Below are positions 37,701 to 50,419 of a DNA stretch of 64,000 bases, piece by piece. Positions within the stretch are counted from its first letter, which is position 1; every line of letters begins with the position of its first letter. Under the pieces are notes generated by a model that saw only the letters and a list, made by a program, of their open reading frames with translations, was not told the DNA's origin and searched no databases. Origin of the DNA: Hypanus sabinus (Eukaryota); contig NC_082711.1 of NCBI RefSeq assembly GCF_030144855.1, positions 31,186,001-31,250,000 on the forward strand. Reading direction: 5' to 3'. The position numbers and the translations under genes were made by a program.

Positions 37701-39607
37701 TACCTTACTGCTGATTTTCCCCAACTTCCCCTTTAGCAGTGAGCACAGGATCAGTTTAACACACCAGGAAAAAAAATCCAGACTACAACACTTAATTTTT
37801 GCTACATCCAGCTCAACAGCAACATTGAGGATATGCTAACAATATCAATATTTTATATCAGTTTTTAAAGGTACCTTTTATATGTTCTGATTATTTACAA
37901 CTGTACAAGCAAAGCACACACTTCCAAGTGCACAAGTTTAATACAGTATTGACTATCTTTGCATTTACAGGGTTTTTAACAATCTGAAAAAAGGATCCCA
38001 ACTTTTAAGATCTTTCATAAATTATATTACAAAAAAATGCTATTTACTGCTAGCTTGCACACATCTGATTTACCCAGTAAGACTAGTGACAGTAGATGTA
38101 ACTGAGTAACCTTATCTTGCCCATTCCAACCCTCTGGGTCAGTTATAGCAACATCTAAATCTGTCTCGTACAAAAGTTAAGGCAAAGTCATTTTCAAGTT
38201 TAAAATGAAATTCAAGTTTCTCATTTTGACACTGGATGGAAATTAATTTATACCATGAAAAGAACACAGTTGTTGAAATAATAATAACCTTTATGGAATA
38301 ACTTACCCATTTTCTCCTATGACTAGCAAATTTGTGCCTAGTGCTGTACTGCTCTCTTTGGAAGCAGTTAAGTTAGTCTGGATTACTATGACCACTAGCC
38401 ATAGGAATTTAAAAAGCCAATACTCCTGTGTAGCAAAACAAGAAGCATCCACATATCACCTGCAATATTAGTAGAAGGCAGTAGACTCAGTGCACTAGTC
38501 CTTCAACATTATATTTTCTTTAAAAAAAACTCAGCAACTAATCTAATATTTTACACACAGCAGAGATGAATCGCTATTAGAAAAAAAACTGGCAAGACAA
38601 AAACATGAAAATTCTGGGGAATTCCACTCCAAACTTTAATTCTCACCCCATTTCAAGTACTCTGCAAGTACCAAATTAGAAAGATGCCAGTGTATTGACT
38701 GGGAGTTCAGTTTCTTTTTTTAAAAAAGCACTTGGAAAAAGAGCATTAAAAATAAACAAATGTCATCACCTATGTTAGAGCACAGAGGTACACAAACCAG
38801 TCTTTTGCAGTGATTCATAATCACTATGTGTTACACATTAGACAGTAGCCTACTCTTGTCCAAAGATCAACTGCCCGCTTAGTGCAAAAGTAAACTCAAG
38901 CGTCAAGAACAATGGAAACTCAGCCATAACAGAAAAGAAAAATTCAACAGCTTTTTATTCCCTGTTAAAATCTACCATCCAGGTTATTACTCCAATTAAT
39001 TCCCACAAATGCCTAACTGGTTTGAGATTTTTTTTTGTACTTCAAGCCACTAGCCTCTATGTAGAAACAAAAAAATATCTTTTTCTATGTCAGCACTCGC
39101 ACACTGATCACATTCTGCACTAAATAGATTTGTGGAATAGAAAAACCACCTGCAACACTGCTTAACACCATGAAAGCAGACCCAACGTCTACTGCTCCCC
39201 ATATTTTATCCCTGTATAATTACAGAAAACAAACCACACATAACATAAAAGACCACGTTCTGGCCCGCAGCATAATGTTCAAGCCAGTTTGCTGATCATG
39301 GTTCCATTCACTCCCCCTGCCTTCAATTAGTTAAAAAATTCTTTTCCCAATCTATTATTGAGCAAGAGATTAAATTACAGTAGACATTACACAATGTTTC
39401 ACCAAATTTTGAAAAGTGGCACCCTAAGGCAAGTAGTATTACACTCTCACTCCCAATAAAAAAGTGCTTTTGTTGCCTTCAACCACTTTTCCAGCAACCC
39501 CATTATTTCAACAACCTCTGTGCTCTGATTGGGAGACTTGGGGAGGGGAGGGGGAATTACACTTGAACAGACCAGCCCCTTTAACCAATGCCACAATTTC
39601 TGCACCT
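34735..39607 (-). other. LARP4B: Putative long 3' UTR of LARP4B (about 4.9 kb)
   Basis: AT-rich sequence directly after the stop codon with no recognisable TE, while both flanks are TE-dense. AATAAA on the minus strand at 34763-34758 lies near where repeats resume. The 3' end is inferred. Confidence 0.6.
34758..34763 (-). terminator. Candidate distal polyadenylation signal AATAAA
   Basis: Plus-strand tttatt at the distal edge of the TE-free block. Other minus-strand AATAAA hexamers include 35091-35096, 36954-36959 and 38954-38959. Confidence 0.5.
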
Positions 39608-39901
39608 TCAGTTGGGTGATTTTGGGGGAGTATGCTGCTCTTTATTTGTACGCTTGTTGATGCCCTGAGGGGGTGTTCTTCGACCCGATTGTCTTCGCTG
39701 CTCTCTGGGCTTTCCTGGGTTTGCTTTTCCAACAGGTAGGTCTTTGTGTTTAGACTCTTTATCAACTGGTTCCTCCGGAGCTTTTTTGTCATCTTTGTTG
39801 TTGACTGCAGTGTTGGGTTTCTGCTCCTTCTGTGGTTGTAGTGTTAAAGATTCTTTAGCACTTCTCTGGCATATCTCTGCGTAACTAGGCTTTCGAAGTT
39901 C
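39608..39901 (-). CDS. LARP4B: LARP4B last coding exon (294 nt including TGA)
   Basis: Acceptor atttaacag|GAA. Encodes ELRKPSYAEICQRSAKESLTLQPQKEQKPNT...NKEQHTPPKSPN*. ELRKPSYAEICQR and LQPQKEQKPNT fit LARP4B better than LARP4. The SYAEICQ block corresponds to the conserved region implicated in RACK1 binding in LARP4. Confidence 0.95.
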   Translation of the reverse strand, partial: ELRKPSYAEICQRSAKESLTLQPQKEQKPNTAVNNKDDKKAPEEPVDKESKHKDLPVGKANPGKPREQRRQSGRRTPPQGINKRTNKEQHTPPKSPN

Positions 39902-39994
39902 CTGTTAAATTACAAAGAAATCAATTATCTCAAGAGCTTGCATTATTTATGGTGGTAATTTCTCACAGGGAAAACAAACATTTATTGATATTTA

Positions 39995-40252
39995 TTTAGT
40001 AATAAATCACTGAGTGGGCCCTTCTGGCTCTTCCCCAGCAACTCCTGACAAATTTGATTAACCCTAACCTAATATCACAGGACACTTTACCAATTAACAT
40101 ACCCTGAAGGACTGCGGAAGAAAACCGGAGTACCTAGGGAAAATCCATGCTGCTCACGGAGAGGGTGTACAGACTTCCTCTAGAATGGCACCCAAACTGA
40201 ACTCTGGAGCTGCTGTAATAGTGTCACGCTAACCATTACACTACCATGGTGC
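39995..40252 (-). mobile_element. SINE about 100 bp upstream of the last LARP4B acceptor
   Basis: Reverse complement starts atggtagtgtaatggttagcgtgacactattacagc...ggagttcagtt (tRNA-like head). Confidence 0.7.
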
Positions 40253-42649
40253 CATGTTTTGAACAACTTAAAACTCATGCGAAGAACTTGCAGTGATTCA
40301 GGACATTTTCTCATTTCAATTTCACAGTAAATTAGAGCTGATTTGAACTGCTAAAACTATTGTCATGCTTAATTTTATAATAGATCACAGAAATTTTAAA
40401 AATTATTGTTTATGAAGAAAATTAATCAAGACACCTATGGCTGTTTCATGTTGAATATCATGGGATCATTTATACTGAAAAATCAAATGGGGCCTTAATT
40501 TAAGGTCTTTCATCCAAAAGATGGCTTTTAATTTACAATTATAATCGCCAGAAATGAAACACCCACACCATGCTGAAATTTGAAGACATTATTTCCATTT
40601 TATTGATACAGCAGTCCTTGCATTTGTGAACAAGAACGTGTGTTCTTCTTCTGTGTGTTGATCTTCTGACTTAACTCTAGGGAGATATCACCTGAGAGCT
40701 ATGCCAACATAAAAAGGATACTAACAAAAGTTAAATTTCTCTTCAAATCACAACATGGTGTGCAAATTTTGTATGCTGCTAATGTCTTCCTGAATAAACA
40801 CATTCCTAAACAAATATGTAATGCCCACATCCATTTCCTCAATCATGATTTACAAAGTAGCTGTCGGACGGTTAATATTTATTGCACAATCTTGTTCACT
40901 GATTCAATGACAAATCTAAAATTGCCCATTGCATTCAAAACATTCTGAATACTCCTTCATGGGACCTTTTATCAGAAACAGCATGACAACTCCCAATTCG
41001 GAACATGGGATCAAACCATATCATAAATATCCAGTGTGTCACTTAAGCTCCCCATCCTACCCTCAGAAACTAAGCTTAACCATGTCCATGATACTTGCCT
41101 ACTTCTAAATCAGAATATACTACTTAAAACATGTCTGTCTAAATTTGGCAGTTTCGTAAAATGCTCAATTTAGACAAATGCTGGTGGAACTCAGCAGACC
41201 AAGCAGCATCTATGGGAAATAGTACAGTCAACGTTACGGGCCAAGATGCAACAATTTAAATCTAACAGAGGAATAACAAGTTGCACTTCAATTTTGTGCT
41301 CTTAAAAAAAATGTGCAGTCTTACTGACATGATCAATCATGGCCATTAGGTCCCAATCATATCCATGTGCACCAGAAGAGGTTATTTCAAACTGTCAGCA
41401 TGTTTCAATGGCAATGTCAAATTTGCTTAGCTCTAGATGCCCGAGTGCAGCTTAATGTACCTCCGAGGAAAAGAATCTTCTGAGTACAAACCAATTTGAA
41501 AAATAAATTTTTACGACTTTTCCAAATTATTCTTTAAATTCATAAATTTCAAATATAATTCATTCAGGGCACCTCTTAAAAAGTGAATGATACTTTTGTA
41601 TGGGATTCCAAAGCTTGCCTTCCATTGATCCAGTGCCATAAAGAAAATATGCAGGAAATTCAAGTGAAGTAGGATGGACTTGTGTTGCCTGAATTGACCG
41701 CAAGCTTCCTGCTGCTCATTACTTGAGTTCACATCCCACTCTGACCCATTAGGTCAGAGATGGGTCAGGGTGGGATATACTGTTATAACTAAGCCCAATG
41801 CAAGCTGGAGAAACACCACCACCACCTAATCATTTGCCTGGGAATCTTGCAGCAGTTGAAGTAACTGCCTTCATCAATCATCCATGTTAATAGTTGAGCC
41901 TGTTCTCTTTCTGCCCCCACCCTTTTGGAAATGAAATACATTCCCAGCCTACAATCATCCTTCTCTGTATTTCAAACTCCTAAATTCTGTCTAAATTTTC
42001 AAGCTTCAACTGCTCCCATCCACTCATTGATCAGATGATCTCATGTATAGTTTATCCACATTGTTTACTCCAGTACTGCCCAAGATACTCCCTCACCTCA
42101 CTCCAGCAGATTAACAAGTTTCTTTTTTCTCTGCCCCAACCTGAAACATTAACCATTTCTTTTTGCACAGATGTGGCCTGACCTAATGACCATTTCCAGC
42201 ACTATTTTGTGCAGAAAAATGATGGAAGGAAGATTCACACCAGTTCACAGCTTGAAAGTTGATGGAAATACCTACTATTGAAGAATATTACAGCAGTCAC
42301 AGAAGTGGGCATTAGATGTGATTAAAACATGTCCAAGGCTCTCATTTATGGCAATTGCAAGACTTCACTGAACACAGGTAGACCATGAAGGTTCATATTG
42401 TTTACAATAGGATTAACAGTCTATTTCACAATATAGGTGCCTTCTGTATTCATTGTAGGCACCTGAAGTACAAATCTGAGAGAAAGTTAGCTCACCAGGA
42501 GTACCATCTATACAATTCATCCCAAAATATAGTGCAAGCTCCCTCAGTACCAGTTTTAATGCTTATTTTGCCACTTCCTCATTGATGGCACTTCAGCAAA
42601 GATGGAAAAACTACACTTGCACTGTTCTATAATTTAATTCCTGAATTTT

Positions 42650-43428
42650 CTTGAGAGCTGTCAACAATCCATCATGGAAACAAGACTCCCCTCCACTGTC
42701 TCTTCGGAACCTCTCACTACCTCAGAAAGGCAGCCAGTATATTCAAAGATTCCTCCCACCCCTGACATTCTCTTCTCCCCACTTCCCACTGGAAAGATAC
42801 AACAGCTTGAAAACACAGCACCAGGGACAGCTTCTACGCCACTGTTACGATTCTTGAATAGATCTTTCTTCTCTATGCCAAAGATGAACTCTTGACCTCA
42901 ATCTACCTCATGTCTCTTACACCTATTGCCCAACTGCACTGCACTTCCTCTAACTGTAACGTTACACTCTGTTACTGCTTGCCCCTTTTACCTCCCCACC
43001 ATTGAGCACATCTGCATGAAACATTGTTGTGGAAAGGTAGTGCAAATCATTATGGACACCACCACCCAGGAGATGCTCTTCTTGTTGTTGCCATCAGGAA
43101 GGTGGTACAGGAGTCTCAAGATTCTGTCAGGTTCAGGAACAGTTATTACCTCTCAACAATCAAGCTCTTAAGCCAAAGGGGATAACTTCACTTGCTCCAA
43201 CAACCTTTGGACTCAGTTTCAAGGACTCCATCTCATGTTCTCAATATTTATTACTATTTTATTTATTTTTGTATTTGCACAGCTTATCGTCTTTCGCACG
43301 CTGGTTGAATGCCCAAGTTGGTGTGGTATTTCACTGATTCTAATGCAGATTTATTTGGTATGCCTACAAGAAAATAAATCTCACGGTTGCATATGGTGAT
43401 GTATGTACTTTAAACTTTACCTTTGAAA
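42650..43428 (+). mobile_element. Rex1/Babar 3' fragments
   Basis: LFLLLPSGRWYRSLK and the Rex-type tail aaactttacctttga. Confidence 0.75.
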
Positions 43429-43710
43429 ATAACTATATGGGTGACTTGTCCATATAGGCAGGGACAGATGGGCTGAAGGGCTGTAATCAGGAAGATAGCA
43501 CTCATTGAAAGATTGCTTTAATTTTAATTTCCAAATATCAGGTTAAACCTCCACAGTATTGTTTATAATGCAAGGTTTTCAAAGTCTTAAGTAAAATCCT
43601 GTCAAAACCATTAAGGAAATGTGGGGCAATTCTGATTACATTTTGCATTGCCATTTTTGTGCTGGAGTCAGAACTGTGTAATGCATGCAGTCTATTGACT
43701 ACATGACCTT

Positions 43711-44664
43711 AGGGGTCTGTGTTGGGACTGCTTCTTTTTATGTTGTATATCAATGATTTAGATGATGGAATAGATCGCTTTACTGCCAAGTTTTCAGATG
43801 ATACAAAGATTGGTGGAGGGACAGATAGTGTTGAGGAACCAGGAAGGCTGAAGGAGGACTTGGATTAGGAGAATGGACAAGAAAGTGGCAAATGAAATAC
43901 AATGTTGGAAAATGCATGGTCATGCACTTTGGTATTAGAAATAAATGTGCAGACTATTTTCTAGATGGGGAGAAAATTCAAAAATCTGAGATGCAAAGCA
44001 ACTTGGGAGTCCTTGTGCAGAACACCCCAAAGGTCATCTTGCAGGTGGAGTCGGTGGTGAGGAAGGCAAATGCCATGTTCACATTCATTTCAAGAGGTCT
44101 AGTATACTAGAGCAGGGATGTTATGTTGAAGCGTTGTAACGCACTGGTGAGGCCTCACCTTGAATGCTGGAAACAGTTTTGGGCTCCTCATCTAAGAAAG
44201 GATGTGCTGGTATTGGAAGTTCACAAGGATGATTCCGGGAATGAAAGGGTTATCATACAGGGGATGTTTGATGGCTCTGGGTCTGTACTCGCTGGAATTC
44301 AGAAGATTTGGGGGGGGGGGGGGGGAGATTTTATTGAAACCTTTCGAAAGTTGAAAGGCCTAGAAAGAGCAGATTTGGAAAGGATGTTTCCTATGGTGGG
44401 GGAAATCAAGGACAAGAGGGTGCAGCCTCAGGATAGAGAGGTGTTCATTTAAAACAGATGTTGAGAAATTTCTTTAGCCAGAGGGTGGTGAATTCACCAG
44501 CTCCTCTCAGACAGCTGGGTGTACTTATGGCAGAACTATCGTTTCTTGACCGGACACAGCATCAAAGGATACAGGGGTGAGGAGGGAGAAAGGATCAGCC
44601 ATGATTGAATGGCAGAGCAGACTTGAATGGGTCAAATGGCCTAATCCTGCTCCTATATCTTATA
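43711..44664 (+). mobile_element. CR1 RT-to-3' fragment
   Basis: MKYNVGKCMVMHFG and LVRPHLECWKQFWAPHLRKD; tail ctcctatatcttat. Confidence 0.9.
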
Positions 44665-44769
44665 GTTTCAATATGACTATCAGAATGCTATGCTTCATTT
44701 TGCCAATGTACAATCATTCCTAATAGAAACACCTCAGAACAGAATAAATTGCAATTTTTTTAAGAATGT

Positions 44770-45612
44770 GCGCAATCATAATTGATTGAAAACGGACGTG
44801 GGAGCACGGAGGAACATCTGGAAATCTCCAGGAAGACCTTCTTCATTGCTGCTGCGAGGTCCGGGAATCTGCTGGGAAGAACAGGCCCAAAGTCCTCGGG
44901 GCCGTGTTGCCGTTGGCGGGGCCGTCTTAATACGCTCAGCAGAGGATGGTGCTCGAAGAAGCTGTGCTGGAGGGGATGGTCGTCGGCTCGGAGGTTCAAC
45001 GGACTCGGAGTCCGCTGCGGTCAGGTCGCTTTCGGTGTGTGCTGCGCCTGCGAGGCTGCGTTCGATGGAGCTTTCATTGTATGCTGCGTCTGCGAGGTTG
45101 AGACGGGCGGTGCCGTGGAAGTCCATAGCGGGCAGGGTATTCCCTTCTGCTGCCGGTGTGGGATGGAGAGTTTGTCGGGACCCTGGGCACTTGTGGAAAC
45201 TGTGTGGTGATTTCTTTTGAACTTAATAGTCCTTTAACGTCTTTGGACTATTTTTACTGTGCCCATTGTCTGTTTTTTTTTTAAATCAATTATGCTATTG
45301 TTTGCACTGTTGTAACTATATGTTGTAACTAAGTGGTTTTGTGCAGGTCTTGTAGCTTTAGTTTTTGGTCTTGTTTGTCTGGTGGATTTGGAGCTCCTTT
45401 CTGGGGAACGCACTAAGACGGTAGCGCGATACTAATACACAGCAGCCTCTCCGGACTCTGGATTGGGGATTGCCAAACGTTATGTGGATTTTCTGGTGTA
45501 GTCTGTTTTGTCATATGCTTTTGTGATATCATTCTGAAGGAACGTTGTCTCATTTTTTAAACTGCATTGCATTTGTGGTTTCTAAATGACAATAAACAAA
45601 CTGAATCTGAAT
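44770..45612 (+). mobile_element. Young CpG-rich non-coding retroelement with Rex1-type tail
   Basis: Ends aatgacaataaacaaactgaatctgaat. Possible TSD agaatgt (44763-44769 and 45616-45622). Its overlapping ORFs have no recognisable domain. Confidence 0.6.
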
Positions 45613-45665
45613 CCTAGAATGTACAATAATGCAAAATATTAACTTCCTTTTTCTGAGACACTTAC

Positions 45666-45777
45666 TGTGGCTGCACCATTGACTTGTACTGATTTACTTG
45701 CAGTGGAAAGAGGTGTGGTCAGTCTTTCTAATGGAGTCTGTGTCTCTCTCTGCTTGGTTTCTTGATTCTTCATTTCA
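45666..45777 (-). CDS. LARP4B: LARP4B coding exon (112 nt)
   Basis: Acceptor ttttgtag|T and donor ACA|gtaagt. Encodes EMKNQETKQRETQTPLERLTTPLSTASKSVQVNGAAT, including the LARP4B motif KSVQVNGAAT. Confidence 0.93.
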
Positions 45778-47350
45778 CTACAAAAACAAATAACACATTT
45801 TAGTTTCAATAATAACCACAAATGCTTTCCCTATCGAAACTACTGCAGCTCATGCAGGCCAAAATCTGACCACTGCAGAATGCAAAACAAAATCATTTCT
45901 TGATTCAATAAAGAATGATGCACGAGGTGTGCAAGACACTAATCAAGCTACTAAGGACAGCCATGAGTAATGCAACTGTGTCTGCGTGAAGTTTTAGATT
46001 AAAGTCCACTCAATGATTAACAAAAAGTAATCTAATCTCCAGCACAGTACTGCTCGAACTACTGAAATTCAGTTGAAACATTACACTATGTTCCTGCCTG
46101 ATAGGTCAGTGTTTTTCACTGCAGGGTCTGTGAGCCAGTAGCAACTATGATCAACTCCAAATGCTTCCCTGCACCATTGTATTTCAAGCGTTTAGAGGGA
46201 ACAAGGAAACAGTGCCGCAGCCAAAATGTGGAACTGGAGACCAGAACAGTTAGGGATTTGGGCAGATGATCTATAACCTTATAAACGGACAAAGTATAAA
46301 TGGAGCAAATGGCATGTTTGGAGGGAATTGCAATTTATGATGGGTGATTTAAACATGACTAGTAAAATTGGCAAGGGGTGGTGTGGTAGGTAAATTTATG
46401 ATCATATTACAGGACCTGCGAGGAATATTTTAGAGAAATGTTAATAGGTCTTGTAGGGTGTAGTGAACCCAACATTCTAAAATTCCAGATACTACATGAG
46501 GAAGAATGTCTCTGGTCCGTTATTAGTGGCCTGAATTTAAATCAAGGTAATAATAAAGTTATGAAGAGTTGTCTCCAGTGAACTGAGAAAATAGGTTAAA
46601 GTTAGTTTAGTATCTGGACAATGGCAGATATGTAAGCAGTTATTTCATGCTCAGCTGCAACTAAGCCACTATAATTGGAATAAAAAATTACCAAGAGACC
46701 AGGTTTTTATTAAACCAAAAACAAAAATGATGTATACAAAGTGACAAAAGTTCTTGCAAGGAAGGGAATTTTCAGGGATCAGAGTGCAGGGAGTTGATAT
46801 GGAAGAGAGAAATATCAAGCAGGAGCTTTCATTTATACTGTATATAAAAATACTTCTCTGCCATTTGATTCCTAAATGGACATTGAACCGTTGGACACCA
46901 CCTCACTGTTTTAGTATATATTATTTCCATTGTTTGCAAGATTTTTAATCTATTCAATATATGTATACTGCAATGGATATACTTATTATTTTGTTTTTTC
47001 CTTCTATATTATGTATTGCATTGAACTACTGCTGCTAAGTAAACAAATTTCACAACAAATGCCCATGATAATAAACCTGATTCTGATTTAAATAAGCTGA
47101 TTAATTTGAACAATATCATCTGCTCAATGAAAAATTTAAACTTCATATATTGCTCTACGAACTTATGAATAACCAATCTTACATCACCTCACCTTCCATG
47201 ATCTTGTATGTGTTTTATAGCATTTGAAATTCATTTCTGCATTTTTGAAGTGTAGGAAAGCAGCCATAAAGTAATGAGCAGGTGTTCTTTCCTGTGTTCC
47301 CTACTACAACGGTTTATCAAAGAATAAATATTAGACAGGCCAATAGGGAT

Positions 47351-47910
47351 AAAAACACACACAAAATGCTGGTGGAACACAGCACACACAGCCCAGGCAG
47401 CATCTATAGGAAGAAGCGCTGTTGACGTTTCGGGCAGAGACCCTTCGTCAGGACTAACTGAAAGGAAAGATAGTAAGATTTGAAAGTAGGAGGGGGGAGG
47501 GGGAAATGCAAAATGATAGAAGACCAGAGGGCGTGGGATGAAGCTGAGAGCACCAGAGGGAGATGGAGAACAGACAGAATGATGGGCAGAGAGAGAGAGA
47601 AAAAACGGGGGGGGGGGGGGGGGGGGGGAAGAAACTAAATATAACAGGGATGGGGTAAGAAGGGGTGGAGGGGCATTAACGGAAGTTAGAGAAGTCAATG
47701 TTCATGCCATCAGGTTGGAGGCTACCCAGCCAGTATAAGGTGCTGCTCCTCCAACCTGTGTGTGACTTCATCTCGACAGTAGAAGCGGCCATGGGTAGAC
47801 ATAACAGAATGGGAATGGGATGTGGAATTAAAACGTCTGGCCACTGGGAGATCCTGTTTTCTCTGGTGGACAGAGTGTGCGTGTTCAGCAAAACGTTCTC
47901 CCAGTCTCTC
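47351..47910 (-). mobile_element. Penelope 3' fragment (GIY-YIG C-terminus plus pLTR)
   Basis: WLGSLQPDGMNIDFSNFR* followed by a pyrimidine-rich tract and the pLTR gtcctgacgaagggtctctgcccgaaacgtc...atagatgctgcctgg. Confidence 0.88.
47421..47455 (-). ncRNA. Minimal type I hammerhead ribozyme motif (Penelope-associated)
   Basis: Minus strand reads agtc-CTGACGA-a-GGG-tctctg-CCC-GAAAC-GTC-aac: both core boxes, helix II and a GUC triplet. Helix I has a mismatch. Confidence 0.6.
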
Positions 47911-48850
47911 AGGGGATAACTCTGCTTTTCTTCAGAACCAGGGATCTTAGATCCAGGTGGGAAAGAGACAGTCTTCACTTGTCTCATCTAAAAGGCATAA
48001 AGTACATCCAGCAGTGATTTATTCCCTCAGTGCTTCCACTGACAGCCGGCTGAAATTGTAATGCTGTTCCCTGGAGTGTGACTTAACTCTCAGCTACCTG
48101 CCTCCAGTCATAGTTAGGAGGGATTTTACAATTAAATTAAGAATGATAGAATGGTGGCTAGATATACAACTAAGCAGAACTGCTTAGTATCGTGAAGAGT
48201 TAAAAGCGTTATCTAAGCAGATAAACCTGATATCCACACATTAACAAGGCATGTTATCCACAACTGTTTTCTCCAGCTGAGAAAATAACAAAGTTGAATT
48301 CTCAGCTTTATGATGGAGTAGATACCAAGAGAATGAATCATTAGGAAGATCCATAAAAACAAGATGCATATTTGATTAACTAATTTCTCTCTTTCAACAC
48401 CAAGTGCAATACACAGCTTACATATTACAGAGTTTTCCAAACACCGGAATAAAATGGAGATGTACAGGTATTTCTGGACTTTTTAAGCATTAACCTCATT
48501 CTGTACAGACTTTAAGTGACAGTACAACTTTGAGAATTAATGGTCCACAGAAAAATTCCAAGTAGCTAGCACATTAGGTCATATTGTGAGCAAAGACATC
48601 AATTAGCATCTTTCAGAAGGAAGAACTATGTAGGTCACTAAAATACAGCATTCAATGTTATGACACCCAACCAATTTCTTTCGCATGTGTTTCAAATTCT
48701 ACAAGAGATACCAACACATTTCCAATCATTTCTGTTAGTGTAACTCTTTTTGATTATGCTCAAGTGTATTTAACCAAGTCCACAAAGGTATATGAATAAT
48801 ATTTGCTTCGAGAATGATCAGTACTACTTCAGAGGAATTAAATAACTTAC

Positions 48851-48984
48851 TGAATTTCTGGAGAATGAGGTGGTGAAGGGGAGGCCTTTGAACTCACTGG
48901 CGGTGCAGCTGGAGATATGGATGGTAACGTCTCCCTAGGTATTCCCGAAGGAATAGTGTTGGTACTTGCATCAACATTTATACT
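48851..48984 (-). CDS. LARP4B: LARP4B coding exon (134 nt)
   Basis: Acceptor ttttaaag| and donor CA|gtaagt. Encodes SINVDASTNTIPSGIPRETLPSISPAAPPVSSKASPSPPHSPEI. Phase 0 to 2 fits neighbours. Confidence 0.88.
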
Positions 48985-50419
48985 CTTTAAAAAGAAAGAA
49001 AATCTCAGTTAGGCACAAAATAGCTGTTGCAGGAAGTAGCAGACTACTTCCTGTAGTTAAACAGCAACAGTCAAGCAACTATGTAACTCATCTTTCTGCT
49101 GGCAACTAAAATACTGAGCACAGTTATTTTTGAATAAGAACAATCACATGCCCATTGTTTCAAGTAATGTTGTTTGAGGAATAAATATTAGGCAGACCTC
49201 AAGAGTACTTCCTTTATTTCCCTCAACCGCAAAAAAGTAGACAGAAACTAATTTTAGTATCTCATGGACTTCGATAGTGTAGCTTCTCTTAATATTCTTA
49301 AAGCTTTCAGTTTCCTACAGAACTGTTTCTAAAAAGCTGCTATTTTACTTTCCATTCCTGCCCCATCTTCTCGTCGTATTCTAAATGTGCCCCATAAAAC
49401 ACTGTTTTCTGCAATACCAAACCTTCCCCTTGCTGTGATTACATAATGACAGATAATTGCTTAGCTACAATTCAGCTCAGTATTTTTGACATTGACCATC
49501 TTTAAAACTTTCTCAATGTGTTTAAATAATGCAGTAACATTTATTCTCAGGAATAAAATGTGGGGGGAAAAAACTGACTGCAAAATGTGGTTTTCCTGCA
49601 TTCAATGCTGGCAGTGACAGGCACACAACTTCTGACATAACAGAACTGGACTATGACTTGCAATAAACCTCTGTTCCTTTATCCCATTGCACATGGGACA
49701 AAATGGCACCAGCTACTAACGGTGACATTTTATAGACAGCTCACAAAACTACGAGATATGCTAATGAATACTTTTTCTTAACTGTGATCACTGCAAGTCC
49801 ACAAGACCTAGGAGTAGAATTAAGCCATTTGGCCCATCAAGTCTGCTCTACCATTCAATCATGGCAGATCCTTTTGTAATATCTATTACATGTTACATGT
49901 CTGCAACATGTAATTGAATGGACTAAACAACCTGGCCAGTTTGCAATCTCCTGGGGAATTCTGTGAACTAGACTGAGTGCAAGCACAGCCAAGGTGGCCA
50001 ATGCTGGGGGTTGACACAGCATCACAGCCTGATAGTTACTTGGTGCAAATTAAAACAAAGAAATTAAAATTGTCAAGGCTGACAGCAGAAAAGACACAAG
50101 CACTCAGTGCCGCAAGCCTGTGTTTGACCGGTCACTTTTCTCTCTACTACTGTTGCAGAAGTTGTGGAACCCACACTGCTAGGTTTGGGAGCACATGTTG
50201 CCCTGCAGCTGTGGACTCAATTTCGGGGACACTGCAGTTCATGTTCCATGTTTTTCCTTACTTTTTTATTTATAATGACCAATGTGATCAAGGTATCAAG
50301 GCCAAGGGTATAGGGCAAAGCAGTGTTCAGCTCACAATTCTGTGAGGTTTACTTATTTCAGTGCTGAACTGACTGTGATTGTGGCCTGCAACCATCAGCA
50401 CTCCTTAGCACCCAGAATG

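Noticed and set aside
39508-39792. 94-aa minus-strand ORF as the LARP4B C-terminus
   Set aside because: Wrong frame. The spliced frame from 39901 ends at TGA 39610-39608 and matches LARP4B.
44760-45220. Four overlapping ORFs of 79-144 aa
   Set aside because: Expected in a GC-rich repeat; no recognisable domain or splice-consistent structure.
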